Assembly (NCBI RefSeq): GCF_023055435.1
Contig: NW_025963957.1
Span: 2,108,001-2,172,000 of the forward strand
Length of the DNA: 64,000 nt
Reading direction: 5' to 3'
DNA from: Haliotis rufescens
Taxonomy: Eukaryota
The notes below the pieces were generated by a model, which ran no database searches, was not told the DNA's origin, and saw only the letters and a program-made list of their open reading frames with translations. The position numbers and the translations under genes were made by a program. Shown piece by piece: positions 51,773 to 61,603 of this stretch. The number at the start of each line of letters is the position of its first letter. The stretch's first letter is position 1.

Positions 51773-53379
51773 CTGCCCATATTATCTATAGATCAAATTA
51801 ACTGACGTTAACACAGAAAATTACTTCCGTTATGGCCTGAAGGTGATCATAGTGTGACATCCAGAAAAGGAGATTTGGTTGTTATGTGTCAAATTCAGGT
51901 CGCGTGTCTTAGTAAGCCCTTAGGAACATTCAATTTAGGCCTCTTTAAGCTCACCTGATCTGACCAATGTTATCTAAAATTTCGGTATTCCGATCTGATT
52001 TTAAACATGCAACTGAAGGCGGCTATATCGAAAATGTCATTTAAAACATAACTAAGTCAGAAAATTTATGGTATGCTTGAAAACATATATGGTATTTTTC
52101 TGTGACGTAGATGTGCTTTGACCCTCACGGGGCCCTGTGTTGGTGATCGACTCAGTGGTCTAGTGGAAGAGCGTCCGCCAATGAGACGTTAAAAGATGGT
52201 TCTTGTTGTTACCCTGTCTGGCGCTCGTCATAAACGGGCTAAAACAAGGACTAGTCGGCTAGAAGTCAGTATACTGTGTGGGGTATTCATGTTAAACTGC
52301 GGCATGGTATCTCAGTGGGCTAGCGCTATGAATCGACAACAGTCCTGACTAGTACAAGCAGCCACACACAAACACACATGTGCATGCACGTCGCTATATA
52401 AGTGCAACAATCTTGGACGCGACGTTAAACCCCATTTCACCTGACCTCAACCTGTGTTGGTGAAGCTGCAATTCCGTGTATTTGTGGCTCTGTTTATCTG
52501 TTTTTTACTGTCTCTCCCAGTTGTAATGATGCTTCGGCGTTGATAAATATTGCTCAAAACGTTCGCTGAATCCCGATTCTATATTAAACATGGCCACCAA
52601 GGCAGTCATTTTAAACATGTCATTTCCCATCACACAGACATTGCTTAATGTTTTGATGAAACTGGGATATGAATAACAGGTTTTGGAGTTGGAGTTGCTG
52701 TGCAGAGTTCTGTCCTATGATTGTGGTTTCGATAACAGTTTCGCCCCGATTATGTTTCTAGGTTTGTCAGCACCATACCCGTGCCCGTGGGTTTCACCGA
52801 AGTTGTAAACGTCTGAGACCTGCATCACTTCAGGCTTTTCTCATACATTAAGCTGACACGCCATGATATAACTGTAATACTGTTAAAAGCGGCGTTAAAC
52901 CCAACTCACTCACTAACTTTTAAAGTAAACGCTTGGAAAGGATGGAGGATGACTTCACAGTGCACGTTTAACAGCCTGGTGTTTATTTAGCCGTTTGGCA
53001 TTTCATATGTGATGATATTGCATATCGAACACTATTGGCGCATTAACCTCTTGTCGCTTTCTACAGCCACGACGTCCTGAGTGTACATAACGTTATACTC
53101 TGTTATTGAAAATCGAAATCTAATCCTGTATTTCTGCCATGAGTAAGGACAGAGAAATGTATTAGGCCTAACTGTACAAGGCTTTAAGTTGACACGTTCT
53201 ACAACTGTTGTGCAACGATTTTCAAATCAAAGCGCAATGGTTACCAAATCAGGAAGATTTAAATGACCACACAAGACCCATGAATATTTAATAAAAGATT
53301 TTCAAACACCCACTTCAGGTGTTCGATAAAGAACGGCAATACAAGGGGTAAAATAAGCAACAGCTTGTGAACTGCTTGT

Positions 53380-56300
53380 ACACTGCCAGTAGTCTGCCTG
53401 TTGACTGCCTGTGTACTGTCCGTAAACTGCCTTTTGACTGCCCGTAAACCGCCTATTGACTGCCTGTAGACCGCCCGTAAACTGCCTATTGACTGCCTGT
53501 AGACCGCCCGGAAAACCGCCGATTGACTGCCAGTATACTGCCCGTAAACCGCCGATTGACTGCCAGTATACTGCCCGTAAACCACCTATTGACCGCCAGT
53601 AGACTGACTGTAAACTGCCTATTGACTGCAGGTAGACCGCCCGTAAACCGCCTATTGACTGTCAGTATACTGCCCGTAAACTGCCTATTGACTGCCTGTA
53701 GACTGACCGTAAACCACCTATTGACCGGTAGTAGACCGCCCGTAAACCGCCTATTGACTGCCAGTATACTGCCCGTAAACCGCCGATTGACTGCCTGTAG
53801 ACTGACCGTAAACCACCTATTGACCGGTAGTAGACCGCCCGTAAACCGCCTATTGATTGCCTGTAGACTGACCGTAAACTGCTTATTGACTGCAGGTAGA
53901 CCACCCGTAAACTGCCTACTGACTGCCTGTAGACCGCCCGTAAACCGCCGATTGACTGCCAGTATACTGCCCGTAAACTGCCTGTTGGCTGCAGGTAGAC
54001 TGACCTTTAACTGCCTATTGACTGCCTGTAGACCGCCCGTAAACCGCCTATTGACTGCCAGTATACTGCCCGTAAACCGCCTATTGACTGCCTGTATACT
54101 GCCCATAAACCTCCTCTTGACTGCCAGTATACTGCCCGTAAACTGCCTATTGACTGCCTGTATACTGCCCATAAACCGCCTCTTGACTGCCAGTATACTG
54201 CCCGTAAACTGCCTGTTGGCTGCAGGTAGACTGACCGTAAACCGCCTATTGACTGCCTGTAGACCGCCCGTAAACCGCCGATTGACTGCCAGTATACTGC
54301 CCGTAAACCGCCTATTGACTGCCTGTATACTGCCCATAAACCGCCTCTTGACTGCCAGTATACTGCCCGTAAACTGCCTGTTGGCTGCAGGTAGACTGAC
54401 CGTAAACCGCCTATTGACTGCCTGTAGACCGCCCGTAAACCGCCTATTGACTGCCAGTATACTGCCCGTAAACCGCCTATTGACTGCCTGTATACTGCCC
54501 ATAAACCGCCTCTTGACTGCCAGTATACTGCCCGTAAACTGCCTGTTGGCTGCAGGTAGACTGACCGTAAACCGCCTATTGACTGCCTGTAGACCGCCCG
54601 TAAACCGCCTATTGACTGCCTGTATACTGCCCGTAAACCTGCAGGTAGACCGCCCGTAAACCGCCTATTGACTGCCAGTATACTGCCCGTAAACTGCCTA
54701 TTGACTGCCTGTATACTGCCCATAAACCGCCTCTTGACTGCCTGTAGACCGCCCGTAAACCGCCTATTGACTGCCAGTATACTGCCCGTAAACCGCCTAT
54801 TGACTGCCTGTATACTGCCCATAAACCGCCTCTTGACTGCCAGTATACTGCCCGTAAACTGCCTGTTGGCTGCAGGTAGACTGACCGTAAACCGCCTATT
54901 GACTGCCTGTAGACCGCCCGTAAACCGCCTATTGACTGCCTGTATACTGCCCGTAAACCTGCAGGTAGACCGCCCGTAAACCGCCTATTGACTGCCAGTA
55001 TACTGCCCGTAAACTGCCTATTGACTGCCTGTATACTGCCCATAAACCGCCTCTTGACTGCCTGTAGACCGCCCGTAAACCGCCTATTGACTGCCAGTAT
55101 ACTGCCCGTAAACCGCCTATTGACTGCCTGTATACTGCCCATAAACCGCCTCTTGACTGCCAGTATACTGCCCGTAAACTGCCTGTTGGCTGCAGGTAGA
55201 CTGACCGTAAACTGCCTATTGACTGCCTGTAGACTGACCGTAAACCACCTATTGACCGGTAGTAGACCGCCCGTAAACCGCCTATTGACTGCCAGTATAC
55301 TGCCCGTAAACCGCCGATTGACTGCCTGTAGACTGACCGTAAACCACCTATTGACCGGTAGTAGACCGCCCGTAAACCGCCTATTGATTGCCTGTAGACT
55401 GACCGTAAACTGCTTATTGACTGCAGGTAGACCACCCGTAAACTGCCTACTGACTGCCTGTAGACCGCCCGTAAACCGCCGATTGACTGCCAGTATACTG
55501 CCCGTAAACTGCCTGTTGGCTGCAGGTAGACTGACCTTTAACTGCCTATTGACTGCCTGTAGACCGCCCGTAAACCGCCTATTGACTGCCAGTATACTGC
55601 CCGTAAACCGCCTATTGACTGCCTGTATACTGCCCATAAACCTCCTCTTGACTGCCAGTATACTGCCCGTAAACTGCCTATTGACTGCCTGTATACTGCC
55701 CATAAACCGCCTCTTGACTGCCAGTATACTGCCCGTAAACTGCCTGTTGGCTGCAGGTAGACTGACCGTAAACCGCCTATTGACTGCCTGTAGACCGCCC
55801 GTAAACCGCCGATTGACTGCCAGTATACTGCCCGTAAACCGCCTATTGACTGCCTGTATACTGCCCATAAACCGCCTCTTGACTGCCAGTATACTGCCCG
55901 TAAACTGCCTGTTGGCTGCAGGTAGACTGACCGTAAACCGCCTATTGACTGCCTGTAGACCGCCCGTAAACCGCCTATTGACTGCCAGTATACTGCCCGT
56001 ATATACTGCCCGTAAACTGCCTATTGACTGCCTGTATACTGCCCATAAACCGCCTCTTGACTGCCTGTAGACCGCCCGTAAACCGCCTATTGACTGCCAG
56101 TATACTGCCCGTAAACCGCCTATTGACTGCCTGTATACTGCCCATAAACCGCCTCTTGACTGCCAGTATACTGCCCGTAAACTGCCTGTTGGCTGCAGGT
56201 AGACTGACCGTAAACTGCCTATTGACTGCCCGTAAACTGCCTATTGACTGCCTTTAGACCGCCCGTAAACTGCCGACTGACTGCCAGTATACTGCCCTTA

Positions 56301-56400
56301 ATCAGCCTATTGACTGCTTGTAGAATGCGCATCTAGCCTCCTGCAGACTGCTTGTAGCTACGTATTGCTGTCTGGAGGCTATAGCTGCAGTAGCCGTAGG
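53380..56400. repeat. 33-bp (3x11-bp) minisatellite with higher-order blocks; short paralogous array at ~45000-45245
   Basis: Unit ttgactgcctg-tagaccgcccg-taaaccgccta. Re-duplicated blocks at offsets 320 bp (54635/54955) and 1531 bp (53691/55222). Confidence 0.97.
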
Positions 56401-56543
56401 CTGTCAGTGGATGCCCTTTAGCTGCCCTTTTAAGTTATCCAGTCACGAAATGTTTTTAAAACCGTAGATTGCCTATAGGTTAAATGTGATGCAGAAAACA
56501 CTATGACATAAAAAAATAATAATTCTGAACTCTTCTATTTATA

Positions 56544-57952
56544 TACTCTTCAAAAAAGGAAACGCAAAGCCAGATTTGTGTGAGGTAGGAAAATACATTT
56601 AAACGAGGAACCTTACAAGGTATTGAGCCAAAATGATGTGGAGAGAACACTTGGTGATTGTAATCATCTCAGTTATAGGTACATAGGATAGGTCCAAGGT
56701 GAAGGTCAGCTACCATCAATAACGCGTATGTCTCCCGTTGGAATCGATAGCGGCCAAACATGTCCTGCCCATGGAAGAGACGAGTATGCGAATCACATCC
56801 TTGAAAATGTTAGCCCAATCGGCCTGCAACGCAAAAGCCAACTGCTGCAACGTCTTGGGTTGTGGTTGACGTCGGCGTAGCCGTCTATCCAATTCAACCC
56901 ACAGGTGCTCTATCGAGTTCAAACCCGGGGATCTAGAGCGCCAGGGGAGAACTTCAACGTTGTTATTGTGTAGACAGACTCTTGTGATCCGTGCTGTATG
57001 CGGTCGAGCGTTGTCCTGCTGGAATACACCGTTGCCGTTGGTTGCAATTGGGAGGACATGTGGTAGAAGAATTTCGTTGATGTATCGTTGAGCCATAAGA
57101 TTGCCCTGGATATGGACCAAACCTGTTCTGCCATGATGAGAGATAGCCGCCCACATCATAACACTACCCCCACCAAACCTGTCCACTTCCTGTACGCGGT
57201 TTCCGGTCTCACCGACGTCTTCAATCCCCTCGACGGAGGAGAAACCTTGATTCGTCACTGAACCAGACATCTCTCCATCGCAGTTGAGGCCATACACCAT
57301 TGTTGTCGACTCAATATGACGCGTCGAACAGGATGTCCTGCTCGTAGACCTGCTGCTCTTAAACGGTTTTGTACAGTCTGGTCGGAGATTCTGCGCAGTC
57401 CGGGTATTTGGGATGCGGTTGAGGTGGCTGTGGTCGTCCTTTCACGTAGGTGGCGCAGTCGGATGTAGCGATCTAGGCGTGAATGGATACTCTTGGTCGT
57501 CCCGACCTTGGCCGATCACGTGTTGACCCATGCTGTTGAAACCGACCTTGTGATGTGTGCTGGGCGCTACATTGATAACCCTGGCTACAGCTGATTGGGA
57601 CGTTGTTTCTTTGCACTTCTGTAAATCTTGGCATGCTGTTGAACTGTCACTGTTCAATTGACGCTGCTGCCAGGCAAACAAAACCCCTGCACTTTAATAC
57701 CGTTTATACTGCTGCTGCACGTGCAGTACGTGCATCTCCGTGGCCCTTTTGTTAATGCACTGGGCGCGGGTTTTTTTCCGAATCGTACGTGTTTCCCGAC
57801 TAATGGTTTGCATGTCCTTGTAATCATTATGATCTTGGAAATTTGTCACTGAAATTATAACACATTAAACCTCTTCATTTTGCACCTCTTGGTCCAGTAA
57901 TTTTGCTTTTATTGCCAAAAATAGCCGTATTGCGTTTCTTTTTTTAAGAGTA
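56544..57952 (-). mobile_element. Decayed Tc1/mariner transposon, duplicate of 45376-46744
   Basis: Same TIRs and identical flanks, so it was copied with the segmental duplication. ORF 56716-57300 has QQDNARPH...SIEHLW. Confidence 0.9.
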
Positions 57953-58804
57953 TATATTTGGTATATTTGAGATGACAAGAACTAGTTCGTTAATTATAAA
58001 TAAAAACGGCGCCTGTAAAAAAATACATGTTATTCAAAATAGCATAATGTTTGTTGTTTTTATCTTTATTTTACACGGGGACATAACTGAATTCTACCGT
58101 TGACTGCGGCGTTAAGCAACACACACTTACTCATTTGCATATGTAGCGGGAAAAGCCGAATGGTCATGGTGACAAATGCACAAGAAACAGGAGATTGTTT
58201 AGACACCACAGAAGCGTCTGTAAAATACACATATTGCATTTTATTTGTATGCCAGAACGATATATTTCACAGACAAGTCACGTTGCAAGCTTTTTATTGA
58301 TTTTAACGGTGTTTGCCGTGTATATCAGATCATATAAGTCCATTGATAATGCTTCAGATTCAGTTCACCAAGTGAATGTTCATAGCCATTACATTGTCTG
58401 GGTCTTCAAGGGTTTCGGTCGAAAGAAAGTCTTCCTTTACCCAGCAGTGAGTGGGTACCCGGTAGGATGAAATTGTAATATGACTAAACCTTGTTATATA
58501 CTCCCAATGGGAATGAGAGTGAAATTTGAGTGCACACTGATCCATCAACATCAAACAAAGTCACTTGCTAAGGGATACACAACATGTTGGGGAACTGGGC
58601 GCCTAAAATAATCTCTTGAGACAAGTTTCGAAATATGAATATGTAAAACAAAAACAGAAAGTGTGTTTCATTGTTTATTTAAATTCAAATAACATCTGGT
58701 ATACTTTGATTATGTTCACATGATGCCCATTTGTTATAATTTATAATGACGATGATGAGGATGTGGAAACTTCGAAGTTGAGAGAAAACACAATTGGGCA
58801 GGTT

Positions 58805-60093
58805 TTAACAGACGTTGTCCTTGAGGGCGAAATACCGGAAGTAGACATGAGTATCAACAGGACTTCCGGAACATGACGATGTCCCGCCGAAATAATTGGA
58901 AAACAGAATGCCGTCGACTTTTACATCCGAGGATTCTCTGATTACAACGTTACTGACGTCGTACACTTTACCGACGCCCCCAACAACGATTCGAACGTAG
59001 CCATCTGCCTGGCCGGGTGTGTTAAGGCGAACAGTTTGCTGGATTGTGTACCAGGTCCCGGTCTGGAACTGGAAACTTCCGCTGCCCAGTCGGTGCCCCC
59101 AAGCATCATTACACTCCACCCCTTCAGTGGTACAGAACTCGGGTGTCTGCTGAGATGTGGTGAAGAGTGCCACTCCAACCATGCCTCCTGTTCTCCAGAT
59201 GAAGCGGGATGTGAAACAGTCCTTGCCTGGGTCACCTCCAGCCGTACAGTTGACCCCGCCACCGTACAGACCAGGCAACTTTCCACCGTAGGCGAAGTCG
59301 AAGTTGTCATCGAACCACACTTTGTAGGAGAGTGTCAGGCACTCCCTGGGCTCTAGAGGAGTGGAGTAGAACTCAGCTCCACTGAAGAGATCGGTGAGGC
59401 CGTAGGATCCCTGGGAGAGAGAGATGGCGCTGACTTGGTAGTTACTGCCATCGGGGTTTGGTTCAGCAGACACCGACTCCTGACCCCTGTATGTGGAGGT
59501 ATCCAGGTTCCAGTTCCCGCGCCATATTGTGTTGCGTCTTGGGTTCTTAGAGTTCCAGAGTTTAATCCCATCTAGTCAGAATATAGTTGATATAACAATC
59601 GTAGGTAATATGCCATTAGTATGTTGTAATTAAGGGAAATCAAAGCATAATAATTTGTGTGTGTAAAAATTTAGTCCGAGCTGGAGGGAGGAAAACATAA
59701 AGTTTGTTTAAATATAATAATTAATTCATAAACGTGCTGTGAAGTGTCATGTATATAGTTTAAATCATTGTTTTGCTTTATATAAATGGTTTCAAATTCA
59801 ATGTTCAAATTACTTTAGCGCCACAAATACCCAAAATACTCAGAATCGGAAAACATATAACTTTTACCTCGCATTAAGGGACACATAATGGCCTCTGAAC
59901 ATTACATTCAGTGAAACACAATCAAGACCGGTTCCTTCCGGTCACATTTTGTAACAGAAATACATGAATGAGTGTCGTATATACTTAATACCTACATGGG
60001 CTTATACTGTCTACCTGTACGGGGGTCAGTTATCTTACCTGTGAAATGGCTGAGGGTGACAGTGGCCAGGAGCAGGTATCGGATCTGAGACAT
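58805..60093 (-). CDS. Secreted PL14-like protein, divergent type B, 273 aa; coding exons 60093-60039 and 59571-58805
   Basis: The 55-nt exon encodes MSQIRYLLLATVTLSHFT(D), with acceptor gttacag and donor G|gtaaga. It joins in phase 1 to acceptor ctgactag|AT GGG ATT AAA CTC TGG; 55+767 nt = 274 codons. PL14 motifs GGKLPGLYGG, CFTSRFIWR, VDGILFSNYFGG. AATAAA at 58674-58679. Confidence 0.88.
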
Positions 60094-60688
60094 CGTCCTG
60101 TAACACTGACGTACCCCAAACATGCGGAACATTATCGGAGTGAAGAACACAACACAACACGTGAAGGACCTACCAAGGACGTATCAGAAACATGGATATT
60201 ACAGCTATATGGACATATGGACAATAACGGACATAAAACACATAGACATTAAAAGAATAATACCTGTGTGACATAAACGAAGTGAGTATAGTTTTACGCC
60301 GCTTTTCCCAATATTCCAGCTATATCACGGCGAGGGAAACCAGAAATGGGCTTCACAAAATGTCCTCATGTCAAGAATGGAACCGGGTCTTCAGCGTACG
60401 AGCGAACGCATTAACCACTAGGCTACCTATCGCCCCCTCATATACGAAGCATAAGACATTGAGTATATAGGACAAATAAGAACCTTAAATAAAATTCAGA
60501 TACAAAACATTTACAAACGAGCGTATGCTCATATTCCAGTCACAGAATCGGAATAAGTGTTACTGTTATCGAAATATCACTCAATCATAATAGTTATGTT
60601 CACTTAGAGAATCGCCGAAGATGACGGTTAGTTGGGCAACATGCGTTATTTAATAAAAAGTGACACTATTCGACTGTGGGTAACATAC

Positions 60689-60749
60689 CTGTCCAACGCT
60701 GTTCCGTTGACGTGGAGTGACGATTCTACGGATGTTCTGTGCTTATAAA
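60689..60749 (-). promoter_or_regulatory. Putative TATA + non-coding exon 1 of the type-B gene (paralogous copy at 48569-48629)
   Basis: Minus strand: TTTATAAG, TCACTCC Inr-like ~25-30 nt downstream, donor CAG|GTATGT. Confidence 0.6.
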
Positions 60750-60872
60750 CGGGTATTTCTTATCGTCGGATCATTTTGTTTGTGTTGATAGATAGGTTAC
60801 GTGAACCATTTAATTCACATTTAATTACTTTATCAACGAGTATCATACCATTCATTATTTCCGCGTTCCCTC

Positions 60873-60887
60873 AGGTCACGGTGACCT
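60873..60887. promoter_or_regulatory. Perfect ERE-type palindrome AGGTCA-cgg-TGACCT (IR3)
   Basis: Exact consensus, ~160 bp upstream of the putative type-B TSS. Copies at 48753-48767 and 63920-63934. Function is inferred. Confidence 0.55.
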
Positions 60888-61521
60888 AGCGAAAGACCAC
60901 CTGCAGATAAATGTGTAGGCGCGATGATGTCACAAGTGTTCTCCACGTACATTGACACAGTCTCGGGTTGCTATAGCAATGTAGTCAATGTTTTATCAGA
61001 AAGTACTGCTAGATTGAGTCACTGTACTTACGAAATAACGTTTACCCTACCCCCGTAAGTAGTGCTACAAAGTATCGTTTTGCCATGAGCTATTGTAACG
61101 TCAAGCTTCATGTTGACGTTTACGTTCATAGTTCACGGCAAAACCATACCGTATTACATACACATGGTGTTAGTGCAAGCTTTATTACTTTTCTAAGATG
61201 CTGAGTTTACGACTAACCTTGTGTATTTTTTAGTATCTGGTTAAATATGTCCCATTATATTATCCGTTCAGTGTATGACTGTTCACAATCCCATGTAAAT
61301 AAGATTTAAATCTTAGTTTCTTAATATATAGATTTGCTTCAGTTTAATCACATGATTCGAAACATTCCAGAGTGCATTGAGGTACACACGGAATGATGTC
61401 TGATGATGTCCTGTGTCGCTTGTTAGTGTGAGTTTACGTGTTTTCTGTCGTAAGAAAATCACATTTGATGTAAGCAGACTGCCTAAATGCAGCGATGGCA
61501 TTGTTGGAATAAAAGAAGTTG

Positions 61522-61523
<2 letters not shown>

Positions 61524-61601
<78 letters not shown>
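61524..61601. repeat. (GA)n microsatellite
   Basis: Direct. Confidence 0.97.

Positions 61602-61603
<2 letters not shown>

Larger units (their letters stand above)
39910..60979. repeat. Head-to-tail segmental duplication: unit 1 ~39910-48859, unit 2 ~48865-60979
   Basis: Both units start (c)ataagcacgagcatggtgctgacaaacc and end tctcgggttgctatagcaa. Each carries a type-A gene, the same SINEs, the minisatellite, a Tc1 remnant and a type-B gene in the same order. Confidence 0.9.

Noticed and set aside
53486-56070. 300-420-aa ORFs on both strands
   Set aside because: By-products of the 33-bp array.
61355-61420. Possible hammerhead ribozyme (GAAA...CTGATGA)
   Set aside because: Stem III (cattcc/ggaatg) is not followed by the required UH cleavage site, and stems I/II cannot be formed.
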